This document shows positions 38,135-47,124 of a stretch of 64,000 bases of DNA, piece by piece. Where the stretch lies: assembly GCA_963663385.2 (NCBI GenBank), contig CAXXXD010000004.1:128001-192000 (forward strand), read 5' to 3'. Within the stretch, counting starts at the first letter, position 1; each line of letters starts with the position of its first letter. The translations under genes were made by a program, and so were the position numbers. Source of the stretch: Oceanispirochaeta sp. (GTDB lineage Bacteria > Spirochaetota > Spirochaetia > DSM-2461). Under the pieces are notes generated by a model. That model was not told where the DNA came from and did not search any database. It was given only the letters and a program-made list of their open reading frames with translations.

Positions 38135-39841
38135 ATGACTACTATTGTGTTAGCTGTAGGAATCGCCGTTTATATCATTCTTTATCTTACATATGGTAAG
38201 AAGCTTGAGAAGGATCTTGTTCAGGCTACGGATGATAATGACGCTCCGTCCAAGAGACTCTACGACGGTGTAGACTATGTACCAGCTAAAGCGCCGGTCC
38301 TCTTCGGACATCATTTCGCATCCATTGCAGGTGCCGCTCCCATCGTCGGTCCTGTGCTGGCCATGGCCTGGGGCTGGGTACCCGCCCTGCTGTGGGTCTG
38401 GTTCGGTAATATCTTTATCGGAGCAGTTCACGACTATCTGGCTTTGATGGCTTCGATCCGTTACGACGGCCGTTCCATCCAGTTCGTTGCATCCGATGTT
38501 ATTACCAAACGGACCGGACAGCTCTTTTACTGGCTGGTTTTCTTCCTGCTCATCCTGGTTATAGGAGCCTTCGGAGCCGTGCTGGGTGGTATGTTTATCG
38601 GTAATGGTTCCATTCCTACCGCTTACCTCCTTAAGCTGGTAGCCGCCCTTATTCTTGGTGTTCTGATGTACCGTGTCAAACTCAACTTTACCCTGTCTAC
38701 GGTTATCGGTATCGTTATGCTCGGTCTTGCCATCTGGCTGGGAAGCATTTTTCCCATTACAGCCAGTAAAAATGTCTGGTATCTCGTCATGTTTTTCTAC
38801 ATCATTATAGCTTCGGCCATTCCGGTCAATGTGCTGCTTCAGCCCCGGGACTACCTGAACAGCTGGCTGCTGTATTTCGGCCTGGTGATCGGCGCCCTGG
38901 CTGCGATCTTCAGTTTTCACGGTTTCACTGCGCCCGCTTTTACCTCTTTTGCTCCCATCCTCTCAGGTGGGAAACCCACTCCCTACTGGCCGGCTATTCC
39001 TCTGATCATTGCCTGCGGTTCCCTTTCCGGATTTCATGCCCTTGTAGGTTCCGGAACCAGCAGTAAACAGATTGAGAAAGAAAGCGACGCCCTGCCCATC
39101 GGTTACGGCGCGATGCTTACCGAAGGTTTTTTGTCTACCCTCGTTGTTGTCGCTGTAGCCGGATTCGGTCTTGATTTGATGAAGGGTGCGGGACAAACTA
39201 TCTCCGCCGCCGGCTGGGCTACCGAATATACTCCGGCCATGAGTGGCAGTTTCCCCAGTGCAGCCATGTTTACCAACTGCTACGCCGCTATGGTTGGATC
39301 CACCTGGCTTAGGTTTATTCCTACATCCATCGTTACTCTGATTGCCGGTATGTGGGTCTCTTCCTTCGCCATGACCACTCTGGATACGACGAACCGCCTC
39401 GGCCGTTATACCGTCGTGGAACTTGCTCTTCCCCTGAAGGAAAAAAACGAGGGACTGTACAAATTCTTAACCAACAGCTGGATCGCTTCGGTTATTCCTG
39501 CTGCTATCGGTATGTATCTGGCCTGGTCGGGAAGTTTCTCCGTACTGTGGCCCTCCTTCGGTTCGGCAAACCAGCTGATCGCTTCCATTGCGCTGCTGAC
39601 AGGAACTGCCTGGCTGGCCAAGAGGATGAAAGTGAAGAACGTCAATATGGCTCTGATCCCCGCCTATCTGCTCTGGATCACCGTTACTGCCGCCATTCTC
39701 TGGTTCAGTATCGTCGTTCTGCCTGGAACCATTAAAACCAACCCGAACACAGGAATCACTGTTCTGGTAATTGAAGTCATTATGTTGTTTATGAATTTCG
39801 TATTCATTATCGACTTCCTGAAATCGAAAAAAGAGGCCTGA
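38135..39841 (+). CDS. cstA: Carbon starvation protein A family transporter
   Basis: DGVDYVP, FGHHFASIAGAAPIVGP, LLQPRDYLN, IACGSLSGFH, YGAMLTEG, TTLDT, WPSFGSANQL. Confidence 0.92.
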   Translation: MTTIVLAVGIAVYIILYLTYGKKLEKDLVQATDDNDAPSKRLYDGVDYVPAKAPVLFGHHFASIAGAAPIVGPVLAMAWGWVPALLWVWFGNIFIGAVHDYLALMASIRYDGRSIQFVASDVITKRTGQLFYWLVFFLLILVIGAFGAVLGGMFIGNGSIPTAYLLKLVAALILGVLMYRVKLNFTLSTVIGIVMLGLAIWLGSIFPITASKNVWYLVMFFYIIIASAIPVNVLLQPRDYLNSWLLYFGLVIGALAAIFSFHGFTAPAFTSFAPILSGGKPTPYWPAIPLIIACGSLSGFHALVGSGTSSKQIEKESDALPIGYGAMLTEGFLSTLVVVAVAGFGLDLMKGAGQTISAAGWATEYTPAMSGSFPSAAMFTNCYAAMVGSTWLRFIPTSIVTLIAGMWVSSFAMTTLDTTNRLGRYTVVELALPLKEKNEGLYKFLTNSWIASVIPAAIGMYLAWSGSFSVLWPSFGSANQLIASIALLTGTAWLAKRMKVKNVNMALIPAYLLWITVTAAILWFSIVVLPGTIKTNPNTGITVLVIEVIMLFMNFVFIIDFLKSKKEA

Positions 39842-39842
39842 T

Positions 39843-40148
39843 TTGGCTGAGGGAGAAAAAGGGCCGGAAAGGCTTAATCTGCTGAAAGGTCTGAAGGCTG
39901 TTTTCTCCACTCTGGATGAAAGTCATAGGAAGCAGGTGACCGATGTTACCGAGTTTGAGATAAGAGAACTGGAAAACCTCTTTATCCTGCTTCTGATGGG
40001 TTCTTTTTCCGGAATGCCGTCTCCGCCGTCATTTATTTCGGCGGAGCTGCTGCCCCATCTGGAACATGAAATCAATGTTCTGAATTCCCGGGCCATGCGG
40101 TCTTCCGATTCCTTTGCGGAAATTATATCTGTCCTCGATATTGACTGA
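39843..40148 (+). CDS. Small CstA-associated protein
   Basis: ELENLFILLLMGSFSGMPSPP...ELLP segment; TTG start 1 bp after the cstA stop. Confidence 0.7.
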   Translation: MAEGEKGPERLNLLKGLKAVFSTLDESHRKQVTDVTEFEIRELENLFILLLMGSFSGMPSPPSFISAELLPHLEHEINVLNSRAMRSSDSFAEIISVLDID

Positions 40149-40160
40149 AAGCGGAGTACT

Positions 40161-41081
40161 ATGAAGACACTTTTTTTTACCGGTAAGGGTGGTGTGGGAA
40201 AGTCTACTTTGAGCGCGGCTGCCTCCTGGCAGCTGGCTGAGAAGGGGATGCGGGTTCTGACCGTATCCTTTGATCCCGCCCATAATCTGGGTGATATTTT
40301 TCATGTAAACCTGGGGCACAGGAAAAAACGTTTTAAAAAAACAAATCTGTATCTTCAGGAGACCGATCTTGAAAAATCGGCTCAGGAATATCTGGATCAC
40401 AGCATGGACCTGATGAAAGAAGTCTACAGTTATGCCAGGGCTTTCAATATGGAACGTTACTTCAAGGTGCTGAAGTATTCCCCGGGAGTCGAAGAGTATG
40501 CTGCCCTTACCAGTCTGGAGACTATCCTCAGGAAGGAAAAGGATAATTTTGATTACATCGTATTCGATACCCCTCCTACCGGCCTTACCCTGAGAATCCT
40601 TGCCCTGCCTGCCATCACGATCAACTGGATCGACCGGTTGACAGGTATCCGCAGGGAGATTCTGGACAAGCGCCATACAGTGCATAATATCACTGGAAAA
40701 TTCAATGAAACCCAGTTGAAAATTCCCTATAAAGAGGAGGACGACCCGGTAATGAAAAAGCTTCTTGAAATGCGTAGCCGGTATCAGGTAGTGCAGGAGC
40801 TTCTTCAAAGCGGTGATAACAGTATCGGCGTGGTGTTTAATCCCGATCTTTTAAGTCTGCGTGAATCTGAAAGGCTCTTCAAAGGTCTTCTGGAACTGGG
40901 TCTCCCTCTGCGTGTTGTTTTTAACAACAAGGTTGGGAAAAATAATGAGAAACTGGCAGACCGGGTAGAAAAAGAACTTCTCACCGGTCATAAGGCAATA
41001 GCTTTGCAGAGGGTTCCTGTTGTCGACTCTGAAGAACCGACCTGCTATATTATGGATAGCGATATAATCCAATACCTGTAA
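40161..41081 (+). CDS. Single-domain ArsA/Get3-family ATPase
   Basis: GKGGVGKS, DPAHNLGD, PGVEE, FDTPPTG, NP..LS.RE, NK; only one Cys. Confidence 0.88.
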   Translation: MKTLFFTGKGGVGKSTLSAAASWQLAEKGMRVLTVSFDPAHNLGDIFHVNLGHRKKRFKKTNLYLQETDLEKSAQEYLDHSMDLMKEVYSYARAFNMERYFKVLKYSPGVEEYAALTSLETILRKEKDNFDYIVFDTPPTGLTLRILALPAITINWIDRLTGIRREILDKRHTVHNITGKFNETQLKIPYKEEDDPVMKKLLEMRSRYQVVQELLQSGDNSIGVVFNPDLLSLRESERLFKGLLELGLPLRVVFNNKVGKNNEKLADRVEKELLTGHKAIALQRVPVVDSEEPTCYIMDSDIIQYL

Positions 41082-41091
41082 GGAACATTAC

Positions 41092-41784
41092 ATGCTCAAT
41101 TCTGATATAACCCAGCAGCCCCTATTTTATCTTTTTATTGCTGTAACGATTTTACTCTCTCTTGGCTATACCTGGGGAAGACGGCGCAATATGAGAATTT
41201 ACCTCAGTGCTTTTAATGCTCTTGTGGACGCTCTGAAACCCAGGGATCAGAATTTCACAAATATCGGAGGACTGACAGGTTATCATGCCAATATCGTTCC
41301 CCATAAAAACAGATTCGTTCATCATGTGGAGGCAACCATTACCCTGCTGCCCCGGCAGTCCTGGCTCTATTATCCCTTTTCTAAAATAGTCCGCCGTTTT
41401 GATCGTCTGTTTGTTACCATGATCTATTCAAAAAAGGCGGAGAACCTTACAGCCGAGGGACATCTTATCGAAGAAAGGTTCGCCTCCTTCCGTGGGCCGA
41501 AGATCAGTAATGCGGAGAAACTGGAACAGGAGGAACTCCGCTGGGGTAAATTCGGTTTCCATCTCTACTATGAGAATGATGATGTGAGAAAGGAGCTGAT
41601 AGGATTAACAGAACACCTGGATGATCCGGGAGTGGTTCGTCATATTGCCCTGATGCCCGGTCAGGCCCATTTTTTTATGATTCCCAAAAGAGGGGAGGTG
41701 ACCAGAGTTTTTCCGATATTATCCCGCTGGCTGATGAAGTCTCTGGAACAGCGGTACGGGGCCGGAACCGTTAAACAGGGGTAG
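41092..41784 (+). CDS. Single-TM hypothetical protein, possibly CCDC47/DUF1682-like
   Basis: N-terminal TM then YTWGRRRN...FN, later TLLPRQ...FDRL; AAGGA SD. Confidence 0.65.
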   Translation: MLNSDITQQPLFYLFIAVTILLSLGYTWGRRRNMRIYLSAFNALVDALKPRDQNFTNIGGLTGYHANIVPHKNRFVHHVEATITLLPRQSWLYYPFSKIVRRFDRLFVTMIYSKKAENLTAEGHLIEERFASFRGPKISNAEKLEQEELRWGKFGFHLYYENDDVRKELIGLTEHLDDPGVVRHIALMPGQAHFFMIPKRGEVTRVFPILSRWLMKSLEQRYGAGTVKQG

Positions 41785-41813
41785 TTGAACTTTCCGGAGG
41801 CATCTGTCCGCAT

Positions 41814-42182
41814 TTAAACCGATAATCCAAGATACCGGGAGCATATATCCAGAGTCTTCCGGGTGATAACAGGAGCAGCCAGAAGAGCAAGTTCGTCGGC
41901 ATTCTTATTCTCAATCCCCAGGCTTTCCAGAAGGGTTCGGAAAAGGGCGCGGTTTCTATTTGCTTTACTGGCAACCGCTTTGCCCTCCCCGGTCAGTGTG
42001 ATGCTGCTGCGGGTGCTTTTCTCAATGAATCCCTTTTCCATCAGTTTCCGCATCCTCACGCAGACAGTCGGTTTGGAAACATTTTTATACCGGGCAATGT
42101 CGACAGATCGAACATTGCCGGTTGTTTGGGAGAGGATATAAATAGCTTCCAGGTATTCAAGATTGGCTGAATTCTGTTTCAT
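41814..42182 (-). CDS. DtxR/MntR-like HTH regulator with degenerate metal site
   Basis: EYLEAIY...VRSVDIA...VSKPTV...ITLTGEG. Confidence 0.75.
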   Translation of the reverse strand: MKQNSANLEYLEAIYILSQTTGNVRSVDIARYKNVSKPTVCVRMRKLMEKGFIEKSTRSSITLTGEGKAVASKANRNRALFRTLLESLGIENKNADELALLAAPVITRKTLDICSRYLGLSV

Positions 42183-42428
42183 AGACGATTCCTTCTTTGT
42201 GGTTTCACTTCTAAAAACGAATAGCACGGTGAATTATTTATAATTCCCGGAATCTTTCTGAAATAAAAATAATCATCTGAGACTTATTTACAATTTTCAA
42301 TATAACAATTATGTTCTTTTAAGACAGAACTTATTGTTCATTATTTAATTGTGTAATAAAGCCGGATTATCATAACGAATGGTTTTCAGCAGTTGAATTG
42401 CAACTTGTTATAGAACTAGGAGGTTTCT

Positions 42429-43010
42429 ATGAAAAAATATGTTATATTTATGGTATTGGCCCTGGTCATCCCGGGCTCAATTGTGGCGCAATCCCTCTAT
42501 TTCGATATTGGTCTGGGTGCCGGAAACGCAATAACCGAGATCGACGGTGAAGATGTCGCCGATTCTCTCGGATCATCCATAGATGATATAGGTGTTGATT
42601 TCAGTGTGAAACTGGGCGTGGGTCCTGTATTCAACGTCCCTCTTTACATTGTCGGTGATTTTGGCGGTATAGGACATCGTCTGTACGATGATTATAACTA
42701 TCTGCAGTTCAATTCTTACCTGATAGGTCCCGGTATTGTATTTTATCCCATTCCCCTTATACAGATAGGGGCATCCTTCGGTTACTCCTTTGTTGCAAAT
42801 GATACAGATTTACCGGTGGAGATGTACGATAGTGAAGGCGGTTATGCCGGTAATGTTTCCATTGCATTCGACTTTGGAGCAGAGAAAAACGGCTGTCTTC
42901 TGGGTGTAAAATATGCATTTGCCGAGAACACTCTGGAGGTCTCCGAGGCTGAACAGAAATCCACAGCACTGACTTTTATGATAAAGTATGCTTACAGGCA
43001 GAAACTGTAA
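42429..43010 (+). CDS. Secreted hypothetical protein, probable small outer-membrane beta-barrel
   Basis: Signal peptide, alternating Gly/aromatic strands; AGGAGG SD. Confidence 0.6.
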   Translation: MKKYVIFMVLALVIPGSIVAQSLYFDIGLGAGNAITEIDGEDVADSLGSSIDDIGVDFSVKLGVGPVFNVPLYIVGDFGGIGHRLYDDYNYLQFNSYLIGPGIVFYPIPLIQIGASFGYSFVANDTDLPVEMYDSEGGYAGNVSIAFDFGAEKNGCLLGVKYAFAENTLEVSEAEQKSTALTFMIKYAYRQKL

Positions 43011-43091
43011 AACCGGAATAGAGAAATAAACCGGTATTATATACTGAAGGTAAATCGCCTTCAGTATTTTTAACAATAATGGGGAATCCAT

Positions 43092-43526
43092 TCAAAATGA
43101 ATGGCGGTTACGCAATACCAGGTTCGCTATACGGCGCATGGAAAGATTCCATATAAACATGGTTAATGCAGCGATGCTTTTTGAAACGATATAGTGTACA
43201 GAAAGATATTTTAATCCGAAAGATAATATAAGAGTGTGAATCCCGGCGGCGATTAGGGCAATTAATATAAATAGGGCTGTTTCGGTTCCGATACAGCTGC
43301 CGGGAACAGGAGGGAAGAACCAGAACCGGCCTGCCACATGGATAAAGATCAATCCCGAGACCATTCCAATTGTTCCGGCTGTCAGCACGTTTACTTTGCT
43401 AACTTCGACCAGCAGGAATAATATCCCATAATCCAGGACTGTTCAGGTAAGGCTGGAAATCCCTGCCCTGGTCATCTGGATACGCTTTTGATCATGATGG
43501 CCCCAAAAGAAATCTGTCAGCTTCAT
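43092..43526 (-). pseudogene. GtrA-family membrane protein interrupted by an in-frame TGA at codon 28
   Basis: ATG at 43526 reads MKLTDFFWGHHDQKRIQMTRAGISSLT*TVLDYGILFLLVE...VSKSIA...FIWN; TGA at 43443-43445. Confidence 0.7.
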
Positions 43527-43585
43527 AATAGTTTTTGAATTGTCCGATATCATTCAGGTTAAGTCAACTGCTAAAGCTGTGCTCC

Positions 43586-43924
43586 TCAACGGCGGCTCAT
43601 TCGGGACAGTTTCACTTTCTTTCCAAAAGCAAAAAGGCAGAAGATTAATCCCAGGAGAGGAAGGCCGTAATAGTAAAAGTAGTCGTAATAGGAAGATGAT
43701 GTTAGTGCAACCGATATTATCACCCCAATCAATATCATGGCAATTCCCGCAAGCAGCACTCTGTTCATGGATAAGCCTTTGCTTCGGAACACTTCTTTAT
43801 AAACTTCTTCTGCTGTCTCTTCGGACAGATCCCATTCTGAGCACTTTTTTAGTATTTCATTTTTCGGTTTTTTTATAATATTAAGCTCAATATACCGACA
43901 GGCCTTTGATTTCATTTTATCCAT
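43586..43924 (-). CDS. Hypothetical membrane protein (2 TM)
   Basis: GGAG SD, two C-terminal hydrophobic helices. Confidence 0.6.
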   Translation of the reverse strand: MDKMKSKACRYIELNIIKKPKNEILKKCSEWDLSEETAEEVYKEVFRSKGLSMNRVLLAGIAMILIGVIISVALTSSSYYDYFYYYGLPLLGLIFCLFAFGKKVKLSRMSRR

Positions 43925-43934
43925 TATCCGCTCC

Positions 43935-44693
43935 CTACTTCTGGAATATCCGGCTTACAGTCCTTCCGCACAGGTAAGCTGCATTGGTCATGACTTTTTT
44001 GTTTGAAAGCAGCCAGTATCCCGAACCAGCCTCCTGAACGATTGTTGTTTCATACAGGAGCTCATCCGCCTTCCGGATCTTCACATCCAGTTCAATCGAT
44101 CCCTTTCCCATCAAACCGGCTGTCATATACTGAAGAAAACGGTTCCCAATATCCGCTTTCAGAATCTCACCTCCAATTGTGACGGTAGATTCATTTACTT
44201 TTCTATCGGAAACATCGTACTTTCTTCTTTTCAGAAAATATTTGATCCCGTCTTTGAAAATAGATGGTAACTCACCTCCGCTGAACCTGTCTCCTACATC
44301 AACAAGGTCCATATCAACAGCAAATTCCTCTATAACAATCGAATCAGAAACTGTGGAACGGGAGATGATGTTTTCTCCTCCACCGGACCTGAACCCTTCC
44401 GAAGCGTCTTCCGCTCCGGGGATGTTTTCTGCATCAAATTTGCCATAGGCAATACGCTGAATCAAACGGAAAAGGCATAGGTATAAATAGACCATCAACG
44501 CAAAAGAGGCAAACCCAAGCAATTCTCCTTTATATTGAAAAATACCCGTTTCTTCCGAAGGGATAATCATTATCACAGCGGCCAGAACCCAAAGAATAAG
44601 GGTGAAAATCCCGGTTATTCTCTGATTTCTGATGAGTTTTTTTCTTCTTCTGTACTGACGTTCCGGTTTTGACATTTTCATGATCTTCTCCAT
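43935..44693 (-). CDS. Hypothetical membrane protein with DUF4410-like soluble domain
   Basis: Two TMs, then TIGGEILKADIGNRFLQYMTAGLMGKGSI. Confidence 0.55.
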   Translation of the reverse strand: MEKIMKMSKPERQYRRRKKLIRNQRITGIFTLILWVLAAVIMIIPSEETGIFQYKGELLGFASFALMVYLYLCLFRLIQRIAYGKFDAENIPGAEDASEGFRSGGGENIISRSTVSDSIVIEEFAVDMDLVDVGDRFSGGELPSIFKDGIKYFLKRRKYDVSDRKVNESTVTIGGEILKADIGNRFLQYMTAGLMGKGSIELDVKIRKADELLYETTIVQEAGSGYWLLSNKKVMTNAAYLCGRTVSRIFQK

Positions 44694-44966
44694 TTTTCTG
44701 ACTCTTTGACCGTTTCATTACTGTACCAGGAATCCATCCGGAATAGACTGCACAACCATAATCGGGGCTCGGAGGCTTGAGGTCTAATAATTCTTATTGA
44801 AGAACTCATTATATTACAGGATTTTAACGCAATCAATAATAATCGTTCGTTATCTTACATGAGTGGGTGATCTGTTATGTGCGGCATGACTCAGAAGTTT
44901 AAACAATCCTGATATCATAACCGCTCAGACAGTAGCCCCCTCTGCCAAGGCCCTGTCGTTCTGAGT

Positions 44967-46373
44967 CTATAATTCTCCGGCAGCTGTAGCCGTCTGTCCT
45001 GCAATCCTGCCGAATACGATACAGCTGGTTACAGCACAGCTTCCCAGACGGCAGGCTCCATGAACCCCGCCTGTTATCTCTCCTGCGGCATAGAGCCCCG
45101 GAATGGCTTTCTGATTCAGGTCCAGAACACGGGCAGAGGTATCGATATGCACTCCTCCCATTGTATAGTGAACCTTGGGCCATACCCTCATGGCATAGTA
45201 GGGGAGTGTCTGAATGGGGAGGGCGTCATCGGGCATTTTTCTTCCAAAACGGTCCTTTATTTTCGATCCAGTAATATTATTGAACTCTGATAGGGTTGCC
45301 GCGAGCCCTTGCAGGGGAATACCGTATTCTCCTGCAAGGGTTTCAAGGGTGTTGAAGGTTTTGACAACCCCCTTGCTGACGGCCCTGCTGATATCCCATC
45401 CCGTATGCCTTACGGCAGCTTCATCACTGATGCAGAGGCAGGGCTTTCCCGCAGCAAGGATGGCATCCGAGAGGATCTTCCGGTCCGACTGTTCATTGAT
45501 AAAACGCTCCCCCGTTTCCGGATGGATTAGTATGCCGTAGATAAATCCGGTATAGTCCGTAAAAAGCGGACCGTGCCCCATCCCTTTTTCATCCGGTGAC
45601 GCCCAGGGTCCAAGCTGTATATGGGACAGCTGTACAGGCGCAGCTCCCTTTCTCATGGCTTCTTTTAACAGTCCGGCCGTGGCAAAGGGCTTGTTGGTTG
45701 TATCGATCTCTCTGTTCAACCGGGGATCCTGGACCATCCGGAAAGGGATATCCGCTCCAAACCCACCTCCTGCCAGGATAACTCCTTTTCCAGCTTCAAT
45801 CCGGAACGTCTCGGTACCCCTGTCCTCTTTAAAGTTATAGGAGGATGAAACGAGAACGCCGCTAATTCGGCCTTTCTCAAGGATCAGTTCTTTAACGCAG
45901 TGACCGTATTCTACAGTTACTTTCAGTTCTTTCAGTCTGTTCAGCATGGGTTTTATAATGGTCGCCCCTGTCACCCCGGCGGCTCCGTGACTGCGGGCTG
46001 TACTGTGACCGCCGAACAGGTCCACCCTGTCCATAAACTCAACACCGAGATCTTCTGTCAGCCAGAGGTAGGCTTCCCCGGCATGGTCTGTCAGTGTTCT
46101 GACCAGTTCCGGATGATTCAGTCCAAGGCCGGCTTTCATCATATCCCGGTAAAACAGGTCGGCCGAATCCTCAATCCCGTGCCTTTTCTGCAGGGGACTC
46201 TCCGCTACAGCCATACCCCCGTCGCTTATAATGGAGTTTCCACCGGCAGCTTTCATCTTTTCCAGAACCAGTACGGAGGCCCCGGCAGTTGCCGCTTCGA
46301 TAGCAGCGGCCAGACCGGCAAACCCTGTTCCCACAACAATAATGTCATAGCTTTTATTAATCATGGACTCCAT
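44967..46373 (-). CDS. Cytoplasmic flavocytochrome c-type (fumarate-reductase-like) FAD flavoprotein
   Basis: VGTGFAG, GGNS, FGGHS, HIQLGPW, KVHYTMGG, GACRLGS; no signal peptide, no CxxCH. Confidence 0.85.
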   Translation of the reverse strand: MESMINKSYDIIVVGTGFAGLAAAIEAATAGASVLVLEKMKAAGGNSIISDGGMAVAESPLQKRHGIEDSADLFYRDMMKAGLGLNHPELVRTLTDHAGEAYLWLTEDLGVEFMDRVDLFGGHSTARSHGAAGVTGATIIKPMLNRLKELKVTVEYGHCVKELILEKGRISGVLVSSSYNFKEDRGTETFRIEAGKGVILAGGGFGADIPFRMVQDPRLNREIDTTNKPFATAGLLKEAMRKGAAPVQLSHIQLGPWASPDEKGMGHGPLFTDYTGFIYGILIHPETGERFINEQSDRKILSDAILAAGKPCLCISDEAAVRHTGWDISRAVSKGVVKTFNTLETLAGEYGIPLQGLAATLSEFNNITGSKIKDRFGRKMPDDALPIQTLPYYAMRVWPKVHYTMGGVHIDTSARVLDLNQKAIPGLYAAGEITGGVHGACRLGSCAVTSCIVFGRIAGQTATAAGEL

Positions 46374-46414
46374 TATAGCCCCGGATTGTGTTTGGGGGAT
46401 ACCGGTTTAACCGG

Positions 46415-47026
46415 TTATTCCCGTATCAGGGGCACAAAGGAAAAACCGTAAAACTCCTCTTTCACAATCCCCTGTCCGGTCCGGTTGAATTTCCAGATGG
46501 AATGGTCCACCGGAATGACAAGTCTTCCACCGGGATTCAGCTGTTCTATCAGTTCTTCGGGGAAACAGGGGGCTGCGGCGGAAACAAGGATCCGGTCATA
46601 TACTGTTCCGGGATTGCCCAGGGCCGTTCCAGCCCGGGTAATCCGGGCCCACGGGAAGGAGTACTGTCTGAGGTTGCTGCTCCCGAATTCCACCAGTTCC
46701 GGACATCTCTCCAGTCCCAGTACAGTTCCGTCCGGACCGGTCAGTTTCGCCAGAAGAGCGGTCGTCCATCCCGATCCGGAACCGATGTCCAGAACTGCCT
46801 GACCGGGCAGGACATTCAGCAGATCCAGCATAAATGCCACTGTAAAGGGCTGGCTTATGGTCTGCCCGAACCCGATGGGCAGAGGGCCGTCGAAGTATGC
46901 CGCTACAGCATATTCGGGAAGGATGAAATCTGCCCGGTCTACTTCCCGTATGGCCTCTGCCACGGCCGGGTTTTCCAGAACCTGCCGGTCTTTCAGATAG
47001 ATAACGAGTTTTTCCAGGGATGTCAT
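46415..47026 (-). CDS. pcm: Protein-L-isoaspartate O-methyltransferase
   Basis: PLPIGFGQTISQP, LDIGSGSGW, YDRILVSAA, GGRLVIPV, FVPL. Confidence 0.92.
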   Translation of the reverse strand: MTSLEKLVIYLKDRQVLENPAVAEAIREVDRADFILPEYAVAAYFDGPLPIGFGQTISQPFTVAFMLDLLNVLPGQAVLDIGSGSGWTTALLAKLTGPDGTVLGLERCPELVEFGSSNLRQYSFPWARITRAGTALGNPGTVYDRILVSAAAPCFPEELIEQLNPGGRLVIPVDHSIWKFNRTGQGIVKEEFYGFSFVPLIRE

Positions 47027-47124
47027 ACAGTCTGTCCCCCTGCTTTTAAATCTAGTAGAGTTTCGTATCCCTGTCTAATAATCCCGGATTATTCAGAAGG
47101 TTCCATAACATCCCTGCAATTGCA

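Noticed and set aside
40161..41081. Arsenic resistance (arsA) call
   Set aside because: Single domain, no metalloid-binding Cys cluster, no other ars genes nearby.
44888..44967. GACTCAGAA...TTCTGAGTC inverted repeat as a MITE
   Set aside because: Only 9 bp, single copy, no clear target-site duplication.
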